Shown here: piece by piece, positions 10,027 to 23,501 of the stretch
Position numbering within the stretch: position 1 is the first letter of the stretch
Layout: every line of letters starts with the position of its first letter
Assembly (NCBI GenBank): GCA_947501605.1
Contig: CANMWZ010000011.1
Span: forward strand, 44,228 to 108,227
Length of the DNA stretch: 64,000 nucleotides
Reading direction: 5' to 3'
DNA from: Planctomycetota bacterium
GTDB lineage: Bacteria; Planctomycetota; UBA1135; UBA2386
The notes under the pieces: generated by a model
What the model saw: the letters and a program-made list of their open reading frames with translations, nothing else
Told to the model about the DNA's origin: nothing
Database searches by the model: none
Translations under genes and position numbers: made by a program

Positions 10027-10797
10027 ATGCGAACCCTGCTGCGATCCCTGCTGGTCGCGACCCTGTGCCTTTCCAGCAGCTGCGAGACCTACAAGCGCCT
10101 CAACTTCTACAGCGAACAGGAAGAGGCCCAGCTCGGCGAACAGGCCTACTCTGAGATCCTGCAAGGCGAAGGCAAGCCCTTGATCACGAGCGGCGCGAAC
10201 TACGAGATGGTGGTTCGCGTCGGACGCAAGATCGCCGCGGCCTCGGGCGCGAACTACCAGTGGGAGTTCAAGCTGATTGACGCGCCCGATGTGCCCAACG
10301 CTTTCTGCCTTCCTGGCGGCAAGATCGCAGTCTACTCCGGCATCCTCCCGATCACGCAGAACGAGCATGCACTGGCAGCGGTCATGGGCCATGAAGTAGC
10401 CCACGCAACCGAGCACCACGGGGCGATTCGGATGAGCCAGGGCATGGTCACGCAGCTCGGGCTCACCATCGCTGCCGCCGGTGTGTCGATGGCGAAGATG
10501 AGCGACGAGCAGAAGATGGGCGTCGTCGCCGCCCTCGGCGCGGGCACCCAGGTCGGCCTCACGCTGCCGTTCAGCCGCGACCACGAACGCGACGCCGACA
10601 TTGTCGGGATTCGCTTCGCCATCCGCGCTGGCTACGACCCCTGGGAGGCACCCAAGCTGTGGGAGCGCATGAACCAACTGGGCAGCAGTGGGCCCGGTTG
10701 GCTGAGCACGCACCCCGATCCGCTCGAACGGGCGGAGAAGCTCCGCCAAGTGATTCCGCAGATCTTGGCCGAGGAAGGCAAGCTCAAGAACCCGTGA
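10027..10797 (+). CDS. M48-family zinc metallopeptidase, lipoprotein
   Basis: PNAFCLPGGKI, HEVAH, FSRDHERDAD and WLSTHP motifs; lipobox-like LSSSC. Confidence 0.92.
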   Translation: MRTLLRSLLVATLCLSSSCETYKRLNFYSEQEEAQLGEQAYSEILQGEGKPLITSGANYEMVVRVGRKIAAASGANYQWEFKLIDAPDVPNAFCLPGGKIAVYSGILPITQNEHALAAVMGHEVAHATEHHGAIRMSQGMVTQLGLTIAAAGVSMAKMSDEQKMGVVAALGAGTQVGLTLPFSRDHERDADIVGIRFAIRAGYDPWEAPKLWERMNQLGSSGPGWLSTHPDPLERAEKLRQVIPQILAEEGKLKNP

Positions 10798-10925
10798 GGC
10801 CAGGCGCCGCGCCCTGGAAGCGGCCACGCCTTGTCGTGAGGGGTCGTCGGACGCCAAACGTTCCGCGCCATGGCGGCATCCGCCACCGGCTCGACGCGCA
10901 GCGCCAGCCCAGTCGATGAAGACCT

Positions 10926-11609
10926 GTGCGCACGACTTCTACCCGCGGCTTCACGCTCGTCGAACTGGTGATCGTGGTCGCGATCGTGGCGGTTCTCGCC
11001 ACGATCGCGATCCCAAGCCTGTTGAGCGCGCGCTCCAGCGCCAACGAGAAGACCGTCATCGCCACCCTGCGTGCGATCGTGACGGCGCAGCAGGTTGCTC
11101 GCACCAACGGGACCATCGACGTGAACGACAACGGCCAGGGCGAAGCGGCGTCGTTGGGTGAACTGGCGGGGATCGAAGTGCTGCGCGGGGATTCGAACGT
11201 CCTGCGACCCGCCGCCCTGTCGTCGGCCCTCGGCAAGCTCGACGCCAACGGCTACGCGTTCAGTCACGGGTTCTACTTCGCGCTCTACCTGCCGAATGCG
11301 ACCGGCGATGGTGTGTTGGCAACGCCCGCCAACTTCGGCAGCATCAGCGCCGCGTTGGCAGAGTCGTACTGGACCTGTGTGGCGTGGCCGCGCCAGCGCT
11401 CCACCCAGGGCTACGGCACCTACTTCACCAACCAGAGTGGTGACATCCTGGTCGCCAAGGGTGCGACCTACGACGGAACCACTTCGGTCCCGCCCGCCGG
11501 AGCCGGCTTGCTGACTGCGACCACGAACCACATCGCGGCGACCAGGTCGGCAGCTGCCGCAGCGGACGGCATCGGCGCCGACGGCAACTTCTGGCGCATC
11601 GTTCCCTGA
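10926..11609 (+). CDS. Prepilin-type N-terminal cleavage/methylation protein
   Basis: RG|FTLVELVIVVAIVAVLATIAIP class III signal with Glu at position 5. Confidence 0.88.
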   Translation: MRTTSTRGFTLVELVIVVAIVAVLATIAIPSLLSARSSANEKTVIATLRAIVTAQQVARTNGTIDVNDNGQGEAASLGELAGIEVLRGDSNVLRPAALSSALGKLDANGYAFSHGFYFALYLPNATGDGVLATPANFGSISAALAESYWTCVAWPRQRSTQGYGTYFTNQSGDILVAKGATYDGTTSVPPAGAGLLTATTNHIAATRSAAAAADGIGADGNFWRIVP

Positions 11610-11652
11610 GCGCACTGCAACGCGAAAGCAACGCCGCCAATCGGGGCAGCGC

Positions 11653-14241
11653 CTACTCGTACCGAACGGACATCGCCGGGTCTTCCATGGCGGCTCGACG
11701 CGCTGGCACGTAGGCCGCTGCGGCGCCCACGAGCAGTCCGATGGCGGGCACCGCGATCATCCACGCCACCGGCAGCACAACGGGGGCCTGCAAGGCCGCC
11801 ACGCGATTGAGGCCTTCGATCAAAACGTGCGCCATCGGCACAGCGAGAACCAACGCCAAGCCAGCGCCGAGCCCGCCGATGACCAGCCCTTCGAGCATCA
11901 GGCTCCCGCGCAGAGTCCGCGTGCCGACACCGAGCGCGCGCAGCACGCCGAGCTCTCGCGCCCGACCGAGCGCGGCGATGGTCATGCCGTTCAGTAGACC
12001 CGTGCCGGCAAGCAACAGGATCAGCAGCAGCAGCAAGTCGAACAGGTGAAAGTCGCGGTCGACATCCCGCAGGTGGTAGTCAAGAATCTCATCCCCGGTC
12101 TTGTAGCGCACGAGCTTCATTTCGCGGTCGCGCAGACGGCTGCCGACGACGCTCGCGTCGGCGCCCTTGCTCAGTCGCAGGGTCGTGAACTGCACGATCG
12201 ATCCAGCCATGCAGAAGTCACGACGCAGCCAATCGGGCGAGGCAATCGCCCACGCCTGCTCACTGGGCACGTAGCCCGATGCGTCGCTGATGTGCAGCAC
12301 CTCGTAGCTGACGGGCACCTGATTGCGATCGCGCAAGGCGACCAACGAACCCTCGCGCCATCCCATCTTCAGCGCCAACCGCCGCGAGGCGATCAGGGTC
12401 CGGACCTTGGGATCGGTGTAGCGAAGCAGCTTGCCCTGGTGGCCTTCGAGCGCAGAGCCCTTGCTGCCCACGTGCGCCACATCGAGACCACGAAGCAGGA
12501 ACGGACCGTGGACCTCGCCAACGATGGGTTCGATTGCCGCCACTCCGGGCACCGCACTCCACGCTTCGATGTCGGCGACAGACCGTGGTGGCGTCTCGAC
12601 AAACGCACGCCCCATCAGCGCGGCCGCCCCAAACTGGTGCACGTCGCCGCGCAGAGATGCAGTGATGCTCTGGAGACCAAGGAACGCGAGCAGGACGGCC
12701 GCCAGACCCACCGTCGATGCGGCGATGCGACCGGACTGCCGCTGCACGCTCTTGCGGCAGAGCCACGTCGCCATGGGCGCGAACCACGACAAGGGCAGGA
12801 GCAGCAGACGCCCTCCGAGTGCCACCACCACCGGCGCGATCAGCAAGAGGCCGCCGACCGCCGCGACCATGCTGCCCATTTCGAGGAGCACCCAAAGGGT
12901 CTCGCGACCCTCTTCCGCCACCAAGGGGGTCATCGCCAGATATGCGATGGGCAGCACCAAGATGAGCAGTGCAAACAGCCAGAGGTTGACGCCTTTCAAC
13001 AGATCGACGTCATCGCCACCGCTACCGAGCCCGCGCTGCCGCAAGATCCACAGCGCTGGCAATTGGCGCGCGCGCCACAACGGAAACACCGCACCCGCCA
13101 AGGTGAACACGATGCCGAGTACCGCGGTGCCGAGCATCGGCACCAGCGGCAGCTCGAACACCAGCCAAGCCTTGTCGCCACCGAGCGAGCTGATGTTGGC
13201 GTTGCGCAGCAGCGCCGCCAAGCCGACGCCGAGGCCGAGCCCGAGGCCGGCGCCCACGACCCCCAGCAGCAACGCGTCGCCGAGGAAGATCCGCCCCACT
13301 GCGCCGCGGCCGGTGCCAAGGCAGCGAAGCAAACCGAGCAGACGTACTCGAGTGACCAGCGAGTTCGACAGCGTCTGGAACACCACGAACATGCCAAGCA
13401 ACAGTGCAAGACAGCCGAGCACCTTCAAGCCGTTGCGGAACGCGCGCTCGTCGGCGCCTTCCCCGAGCTGGGCCGCACGCTCATCGGCGACCACGTAGCC
13501 CGCGCCGGCCAGTTCATTGCGGAGCCGGTCGAGATCCGCCCCGTAGACCCGCTGCAATTGAAAGAGGTCCGGCGCCGGGGACGCGATGCGGCGCACAAGG
13601 TCGTGCCCGCCGATCGCCATCTGCGCAAAGTTGCGTCGCCCGAGCCGATGCGGAGCGAGCACACCAACGATCTCCACCTCGGCGCGCAGCAACGGCCGAT
13701 CGGACTCCGGCAAGGCAACCAGTTCGCCATCGCGGCATTCGTAGTTGACGCCGCGTGCCGTCTCCTCGAGCGCGATCTTGCTCCCCGCTCCGACGCCGAG
13801 AATTCGCGCCGCCTCGGCACCGACAAGAATGGCGCGATCCCCATCCGCAGCGGTCAAGTCGCGCCCAGCGGCAATCGCATAATGATCGAAGGTGCCGGCA
13901 TTCCACGGTTCGAGCCCGAACACCTGCACATCGACCGTTTCACTGCCGTGGCGCAGAGCTCCGCGCGCTTCGCGCCACACCGTCGCCGCGGCGATGTTCG
14001 GGCGCGCGCGCAGATCGGCGAGCACCTCGGCTGCCGACTTGCCGACGACGGGCAACACCTCCAGGTCCACGGGACCGCGCTCCGGACTCTGCAGCAGAAA
14101 CCGCGTCTGGATGGTGTTGTGGTCCATCACGTAGATGGCCACCACGATGGCGACGCCGAGGGCGATGCCGAGCAGCGTCAGCAGCGTGCGGAGCGGGTTA
14201 GATACCCAGCTCCTGCAGACGACGAAAGACGTGAGCGACAT
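11653..14241 (-). CDS. ABC transporter permease, FtsX/MacB-like, duplicated domains
   Basis: LRTLLTLLGIALGVA start; two LxxLRxLG motifs (LGLLRCLG, LGVLRALG); C-terminal PARRAA..DP...VRYE. Confidence 0.88.
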   Translation of the reverse strand: MSLTSFVVCRSWVSNPLRTLLTLLGIALGVAIVVAIYVMDHNTIQTRFLLQSPERGPVDLEVLPVVGKSAAEVLADLRARPNIAAATVWREARGALRHGSETVDVQVFGLEPWNAGTFDHYAIAAGRDLTAADGDRAILVGAEAARILGVGAGSKIALEETARGVNYECRDGELVALPESDRPLLRAEVEIVGVLAPHRLGRRNFAQMAIGGHDLVRRIASPAPDLFQLQRVYGADLDRLRNELAGAGYVVADERAAQLGEGADERAFRNGLKVLGCLALLLGMFVVFQTLSNSLVTRVRLLGLLRCLGTGRGAVGRIFLGDALLLGVVGAGLGLGLGVGLAALLRNANISSLGGDKAWLVFELPLVPMLGTAVLGIVFTLAGAVFPLWRARQLPALWILRQRGLGSGGDDVDLLKGVNLWLFALLILVLPIAYLAMTPLVAEEGRETLWVLLEMGSMVAAVGGLLLIAPVVVALGGRLLLLPLSWFAPMATWLCRKSVQRQSGRIAASTVGLAAVLLAFLGLQSITASLRGDVHQFGAAALMGRAFVETPPRSVADIEAWSAVPGVAAIEPIVGEVHGPFLLRGLDVAHVGSKGSALEGHQGKLLRYTDPKVRTLIASRRLALKMGWREGSLVALRDRNQVPVSYEVLHISDASGYVPSEQAWAIASPDWLRRDFCMAGSIVQFTTLRLSKGADASVVGSRLRDREMKLVRYKTGDEILDYHLRDVDRDFHLFDLLLLLILLLAGTGLLNGMTIAALGRARELGVLRALGVGTRTLRGSLMLEGLVIGGLGAGLALVLAVPMAHVLIEGLNRVAALQAPVVLPVAWMIAVPAIGLLVGAAAAYVPARRAAMEDPAMSVRYE

Positions 14242-14986
14242 CGAAGGGGCCTCCCGTGAGCGACATGCCGGCGTTCATGGCGCCGTCGTGCAAGAACAGC
14301 ACGCGATCGGCAGCCGCCGCGTCGCGAGGGTTGTGCGTAACCAGCAGGATCGAGGTCCCGAGCTGCTTCCGCACCGTGGACAACAACTGCACGACCTCTT
14401 CGCCGTGCTTGCTCGACAGATTGCCGGTGGGCTCGTCCGCGAGCAGCAACGGCGGCTCGGCTGCCAGCGCGCGCGCGATGCTCACCCGCTGCATCTCACC
14501 GCCCGACAAGGCCTGCGGGTAGCGTTCGGCCAGCTTCCCGATCGACAGCATTTCGAGCACTGCGAGGATTCGCTCGCGATGGCGCTTCTGGCTCTGACCG
14601 AGAATGCGCAGGGGCAGCGTGACGTTTTCCCACACCGTGAGGTCGGGCAGCAGGTGGAAGAACTGGAAGATGAAGCCGATCTTGCTGCGGCGCACCGCCG
14701 CCAGGCGCTCTTCGTCACAGTCACCCAGTCGTTCGCCGGCGAGAAAGACATCGCCCGCCGACGGTTGCTCCAGGCCCGCGAGCAAGTGCAACAGCGTGGA
14801 CTTGCCTGAACCTGACGGCCCCATGATCGACACGAACTCGCCCGGTTCGAGTCGAAACGAAACGTCGCGCACGATCGGAACCTGCTGGCGATCCACGGTG
14901 CGGAAGCGATAGACGTTGCGCGCCTCGAGAACCGCCGCCTGCTCGGTCCCTGGAGCGGCTGCCGCACTACCAGTGGTGCTGGACAT
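14198..14986 (-). CDS. ABC transporter ATP-binding protein (LolD/MacB-like)
   Basis: GPSGSGKST, LSGGEMQRV, LLADEPTGNL and VTHN motifs. Confidence 0.95.
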   Translation of the reverse strand: MSSTTGSAAAAPGTEQAAVLEARNVYRFRTVDRQQVPIVRDVSFRLEPGEFVSIMGPSGSGKSTLLHLLAGLEQPSAGDVFLAGERLGDCDEERLAAVRRSKIGFIFQFFHLLPDLTVWENVTLPLRILGQSQKRHRERILAVLEMLSIGKLAERYPQALSGGEMQRVSIARALAAEPPLLLADEPTGNLSSKHGEEVVQLLSTVRKQLGTSILLVTHNPRDAAAADRVLFLHDGAMNAGMSLTGGPFDVAHVFRRLQELGI

Positions 14987-15039
14987 GCGGCCTGATCATG
15001 CCGAGCCCAGTGGCAACGGCATCCGCATTCCGGCAAATG

Positions 15040-15893
15040 TCACGCTTCGCCGCTCGAGGACGAGCCGTGCTCCGGCTCGCGGACGAACACGTTGCGGGCG
15101 TAGAGCAACGAGAACTGCAGCGCCTGGACGTTCTGCTGCGACTTCGACCCTGGCTGCGTGGTGACGACGCCGACATCACAACCGGCGGCCGCCGCATGGC
15201 GGAGTCGATGGCGCAGCAAAGCCGACTGCACGCCGCGGCGGCGCTGCGACGGCAACGTCGCCGCGCCGCACAACTGCGCGATGCCCGTGTCGATGCGCAT
15301 CGAGGCCGCCCCGGCTGGCTCGCCATTGCGCCGGGCCAAGAACAGGGTGACGCCGCGAGCCGTGGCGAAATCACGAACGACCCGCTCGACCACCGCCGCG
15401 TCGAAGCTCTCAGGAACACCGGCACCTCCTGCATCGGCAGCACCAAAGCCACTGACCATGACGTCGAGCCACTGCTGCAGCCGTTCCGAAGCGACGACCT
15501 CGATGGCGATGTCGGGAGCTCCCGGGGCAGGAGGGGACGCAAGCGAACTGCCCGACACGTTCTCGACGCCGACGAGCCGATAGCCGCGCGCACACAAGAA
15601 GGTGGCGAGTTGTGGATCCGCGAGCGTGCTGAGTTCCACCTGAATCGGCGCTCCGCGGCGCGCATGCTCGAGCTCGACGGCCGTCCACGCCTCTGCTGCC
15701 AACGCTGCGAACCCGAGGCCTGCGACCTTGTTGAGTGGCGAGCCGGCTTCGGTGAACGCTGCAACGCCGCCGCCGACTTCGATCACAGAGGCATCCGCCA
15801 CGCGCCTCGTGACACTGGCCGCGGCCTCGGCGACGAGGCGAGCCTCCGCGGCCTCGATGCGGGCAGCGAGTGCGACATCACAGAACATCGACG

Positions 15894-15897
<4 letters not shown>
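15040..15897 (-). CDS. GNAT-family N-acetyltransferase
   Basis: AATLPSQRRRGVQSALL acetyl-CoA motif A; start overlaps the ileS stop (GTGA). Confidence 0.85.
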
Positions 15898-19055
<3,158 letters not shown>

Positions 19056-19149
19056 GGGAGGAACAGTGTGGCGGTGCGCAGTGGCCCACGCAAATGCCGC
19101 CTGCTGGCGGCGGGAACGAAGCGGCCCCCTTGCTATGCTCGAACTCAAC

Positions 19150-20164
19150 ATGCTCGGGTCCTCACGTCTTGCTTCGTTCGCGCTGGTTGCATGCGTCTCG
19201 GTCGCCGCTGCGGCACACGAAGCGACGATCCTGAAGGACCTCGCGCGCGCCGAACTGGCGCTCACCGAACGCCGCGCCGAAGACGCTGCGCTGGCGGTTG
19301 CAGACGCCACGCGGCGCGTGCGAGCCATGCCCGAGTCGGACATTCGCGCCGAACTCGAGCAGCGGGTTTTGGCGCTGCGCGACAAGGCCGACCCGGTCGG
19401 CAAGAGCTGCGATGCCGCGTGTACGGAAGCCGCCACAGCGCTGCTCCACGCCGCGCTGGCCTACGAGGACCGCGGCTGGCTGCGGTCCGCCAAGGCACTG
19501 CTGCTGCGCGCGGCCGCGATCGCGCCAACGGTCGTCAGCGAGGCGCTGCAGCGCGTACGCGAACGACAGGGCCAGGCGGCGGCCGCCACCAGCGACGCCA
19601 GTCACATGGCATGGCTCGGCGACGGCGAGGTCGTCGACGGCCCTTCCCCGTGGCTCGTGACCGCTGCTGGCGTCACCCCCGACGTCGCGCGAACCAGTCG
19701 GCATTTACCTCGCCGCCCATCGCGTCCGCAGTCACCGTATCCGCATCGACGGCGAGGTCACGCCGAGCATGGACTACGGCCGCGGCTTCGTATTCGCCTA
19801 CCGCCACTCCCAGGACTTCCACCTCGCCCTGGTGAAGCCCAGCGGAAGTCGCCAGTTCGCCCGCATCTTGCGCGCTGGCAACGGCACCTACACCACCCTC
19901 GCGGAGGATTGGCTGCCGTCATTGCCGGCCCCGGTTGTGGGCGCCACGCCGCCGGACGCCTCGACTCCGGCTCCGACCCAGTCGCTCCACCTCGCGGTCG
20001 ATGGCGCCGCGATCGAGTTCCGGATCGGCACCGTGACGCTGAAGGCAACTGCAACCGAACCGCTGCCAGATGGATTCCTCGGCCTGCAGGTCGAGCACAC
20101 CGGCAAAGACGGAACCGCGCCTCGCTTCACCGGGCTCGCGTTCGAAGCGGAGATGCGGCGATGA
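19150..20164 (+). pseudogene. Exported protein paralogous to the next gene, with an apparent frameshift near 19676-19681
   Basis: Similarity to 20161..21144 switches frame at a C5 run (gtcacccccgacg); the second frame continues TSREPVGIYL...RIDGEVTPSMDYGRGFVF to the stop at 20164. May be an assembly error. Confidence 0.6.
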
Positions 20165-21144
20165 GTCGCGGCTCCCTGCGCCTACTCGGACTGGCCGGGC
20201 TCTTGCTCGCCGTGGCACCGGCGGTCCTCGCGCAAGAAGACGCGGTGCTGAAGAGTCTGACCGAAGCGAAGAAGCTCCAAGGGGAAGGTCGCACGGAAGA
20301 CGCCGCCATCGCCCTTCGCACCGGGCGAGTGCAGTTGCGCAGCGTCGCCGATGCTGCGGTGCAGCGCAGCCTGCAGAAGTCGATCGACACGTTGCTTGCG
20401 GAGGTCGACACCCTCGCGGTCGAGGCGGGGAAAGCCGAAGAGGTCGCGGCTCGTGCTCTGCTCAAGGCCGCGCAGAACTACTTGCGGCGCAAATGGACAA
20501 GGGCAGCGCTTCCACTACTCGAGCTGGCGGCCGAACTGAGCGACAAGATCGCCGGCAAAGCCCTGCAGCAGGCAGGCGTCAGCGACCAACCAGCAACCAA
20601 CGCTGTCGCCACGTGGTTTGGCGACGGCATGAGCTTCTGCGGCGGCGGCTATTGGACGGTCGACAAGGGCACGCTGAAGAGCCCGCAGCTCAAGTCCGAT
20701 TCGATCGGGTTTCGTTCGAAGAAGACCACGAGTGGCCCTGTGCGCATCGAGATGGAAGCGTTGGCGACGGCGCAGCCGTGCAAGCTCGCACTGGTGTTCG
20801 CTCTCGACGCGAGTACCGACGGCGACGACTACTACATCCTGGAGTTGCGTCACGAGCGCGGCTTCTCGCAGCTGCGCTTGCTGCACAACGATGGCACCGC
20901 GAACCGCCTCGACGAGATCTTGACGCAACCGCTGACCATGAGCCGAGCGGAGCGAACGACGTGGACGACGCTGTGGGCCGAGCTTCGTGGCGATCGCATC
21001 CGGATCGGCATCGGCGATATCGAGAGCGCTGAATCGAAGGCAGTCACAAAGGACCTCGACGGCTGCATCGGGGTGTTCGTATCGGGCGACAGTTCGTTCA
21101 AAGCACCCGTGCAGTTCCGCAACCTCCGCGTCGACGGTCTCTGA
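20161..21144 (+). CDS. Exported protein with a helical N-domain and a beta-sandwich (concanavalin/DUF1080-like) C-domain
   Basis: Signal peptide ending AVLA|Q; C-terminal GCIGVFV...VQFRNLRV; ATGA overlap with the preceding gene. Confidence 0.7.
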   Translation: MSRGSLRLLGLAGLLLAVAPAVLAQEDAVLKSLTEAKKLQGEGRTEDAAIALRTGRVQLRSVADAAVQRSLQKSIDTLLAEVDTLAVEAGKAEEVAARALLKAAQNYLRRKWTRAALPLLELAAELSDKIAGKALQQAGVSDQPATNAVATWFGDGMSFCGGGYWTVDKGTLKSPQLKSDSIGFRSKKTTSGPVRIEMEALATAQPCKLALVFALDASTDGDDYYILELRHERGFSQLRLLHNDGTANRLDEILTQPLTMSRAERTTWTTLWAELRGDRIRIGIGDIESAESKAVTKDLDGCIGVFVSGDSSFKAPVQFRNLRVDGL

Positions 21145-21220
21145 ACCGACCCGCTGCCGCGGCGCGATCCAAGCGGAAACAGGCCGATGCGGCGAAAGGA
21201 AGACCGGCCGGTCGCAGGCA

Positions 21221-23443
21221 TCAACGCCGCTGAATCGGCGCCTCTACAAGTCGGCTACGGGTCAGCTCTCCGCCCTCGACAATCTCGTACGCGCAATCCA
21301 GCTCCGCGGCTGCGAACTGCTGAACGCGTCCGCTGCGCTGCCACTCGACCTCGATTCGCACGACACGCGTGGCCTTGCCGAGTCCGATCGTCTGTCGCAG
21401 CGGGTTGGCGCCAAAGCTGCCGCCGGTTCCCACCACTCGATGGATCGTGCGCTCGCCGTTCGCGTCGGCAACGACGATACGGAGGCGCGAGCCGAGCGCC
21501 GAGCGATTGGTGTCCCTGCCAACGAGGCGGATCGTGACGAATCGATTGCCAAAGCCCGGGTTCTCGAACACCGTGCTCACGAACGCGTCCCCGAGATAGG
21601 CGCCGCCGATTCGCGCGAAGAGGTCGAGGTCGCCATCGTGGTCGAAGTCCGCGAGCGCGACTCCGTGCCCCTTCTGCAGATGCCCAGTACCGCTCGCCAT
21701 GGAAACGTCCGCGAACGACATGCCGCCGCGGTTCAGAAACAGCAGGTTGGGCATCAGGCTGTAGATGTGCGGATCGCCAGTGCCCAGATAGCAATCGAGC
21801 CAACCATCGCCGTCGATGTCGCCGAAGTTGCTGCCCATCGGCATTGCCGGGTAGGTGAGCCCACGGGCCGCAGCGACGTCCTCGAAACCGCCGTGGCCGT
21901 CGCCGCGATAGAGGCGGTTGATTTCGTGTGGCAGGTCGATGCCAGCGTGATGCGCCGCGATGTGACCGATGCCAGTTCCATAAGCACTCACCCACAAATC
22001 GAGAGCCCCGTCATTGTCGAAGTCCCAAAACCAGCACGGGAAACTGGCGTCCGGGCCGGTGACCCCGCGGGCGGCGGCGATGTCGACAAACGTCCCGTCG
22101 CCACGGTTGTGGTAGAGCCGATTGCTGCCGTCGAGGTTGCTGACGTAGAGGTCCGGGTAGCGATCGCCGTCGATGTCGCCAAAGGACACGCCCTTGGCAT
22201 AGGCGAAGTTCTCGACGCCAGCGGCCTTGCCGACCTCGGTGAAGCGAACATTGCCGTCATTGCGGAACAACTGGCTCGCGCATCGGATCTTCGTGCTGCT
22301 CTCGTTGCCGATGTACAGGTCGAGGTCGCCGTCGAGGTCGTAGTCGGCGAAGGCCGCCGTCTGCGTGGGCCAGTGCTCCGCGCCAAGACCCGACTCGAAC
22401 GTGACGTCGGTGAAGGTGCCATCGCCGTTGTTGCGCACCAACGAGTTCGGGTAGCGCCCGTGCTCCAGCAACCACGCCCCGCGCAGCACCAGCACGTCGA
22501 CGTCGCCATCGGAGTCGTAATCCGCCGTCACGAGATTGAGGCCGCCACAGAGGCCACCTAGTCCGGACTCCATGCTGCGATCGACGAACGCGCCATCCGC
22601 GCGACGCACGAACAGTCGCAGTTGCCCGCTCGTGTTCCAGTCCGACATCATCACGTCGAGTCGCTCGTCGCCGTCGAAGTCCTCGACCACCATGCCCCCG
22701 GCGAGACCTTGCACATCGAGACCGAGTTGCGCGCCCACGTTGTCGAACTTCGGGAAGTCCTCCCTCGAACGGAACGCCGACTCCGGAAGGCGATACTGCT
22801 CCGGCACCGACTCCGGCCAAGTCCCGAGCGTCATCGCCGCGAGGTTCAGCAGCCAGAGGTTGGCGAGGTGCCAGTAGTCGTTGGGCGCTGTGCGGTCGAG
22901 CACGAAGCGGAAGTGCGCGGCGGCCTTGGTCGAGCCTTCGGTCTTGCCATGCAACGCCCCGCCGCGCAGCGGCAGGATGCAACTGTCGACGGTCCGTTGA
23001 TGGCAGCAGTTTTCGGTCTCGCCCAGACGCAGCCAGGCAACGCCGAGATGGAAGTGCAGCGCCAGCTCCGCATCGGCACCGCCCGTCAGACTGCGCTCCA
23101 CAACCGCCGCGAGCGCGCGATCGAGGACCTCGATGCCGTCGCGTTCGCTCCCCAAGCGCACGAGCGCGTAGCCAAGCTCTTGGTGCGTCTGCCAGCGTGC
23201 CTGTGCGCCTTTCGCCGCGATCTCCGCCCGGGCTTCGCGCACCGCACGATCGCCGACAAAGATGTTGTCGTCCTGCCGGCGCGCATCGAGATCGCGCAAC
23301 AACGCCAGCATGCGCACGTGGCCGTCCGGCTGCGACGGTCCGCGCGATGATTCAGGCGCCGTCGATTCCGGGTCCTTGCCGCAACCGACAACCGTTGCCA
23401 GCCACGCGGCAAGGAGGGTCGTGTGCACTCGGCCTCGTTGCAT
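21221..23443 (-). CDS. CRTAC1-family protein (FG-GAP/VCBS repeats plus ASPIC/UnbV), lipoprotein
   Basis: Repeated D(F/Y)DxDGDxD motifs; lipobox-like VVGC; C-terminal NRSALGSR...IGLG...VEW segment; start uncertain. Confidence 0.85.
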   Translation of the reverse strand: MQRGRVHTTLLAAWLATVVGCGKDPESTAPESSRGPSQPDGHVRMLALLRDLDARRQDDNIFVGDRAVREARAEIAAKGAQARWQTHQELGYALVRLGSERDGIEVLDRALAAVVERSLTGGADAELALHFHLGVAWLRLGETENCCHQRTVDSCILPLRGGALHGKTEGSTKAAAHFRFVLDRTAPNDYWHLANLWLLNLAAMTLGTWPESVPEQYRLPESAFRSREDFPKFDNVGAQLGLDVQGLAGGMVVEDFDGDERLDVMMSDWNTSGQLRLFVRRADGAFVDRSMESGLGGLCGGLNLVTADYDSDGDVDVLVLRGAWLLEHGRYPNSLVRNNGDGTFTDVTFESGLGAEHWPTQTAAFADYDLDGDLDLYIGNESSTKIRCASQLFRNDGNVRFTEVGKAAGVENFAYAKGVSFGDIDGDRYPDLYVSNLDGSNRLYHNRGDGTFVDIAAARGVTGPDASFPCWFWDFDNDGALDLWVSAYGTGIGHIAAHHAGIDLPHEINRLYRGDGHGGFEDVAAARGLTYPAMPMGSNFGDIDGDGWLDCYLGTGDPHIYSLMPNLLFLNRGGMSFADVSMASGTGHLQKGHGVALADFDHDGDLDLFARIGGAYLGDAFVSTVFENPGFGNRFVTIRLVGRDTNRSALGSRLRIVVADANGERTIHRVVGTGGSFGANPLRQTIGLGKATRVVRIEVEWQRSGRVQQFAAAELDCAYEIVEGGELTRSRLVEAPIQRR

Positions 23444-23501
23444 GCGCGCCACTGTCAATGGTCACGGCAGTTCCGTCAACGAGACTGCCGCCGAGTGGGC
23501 C

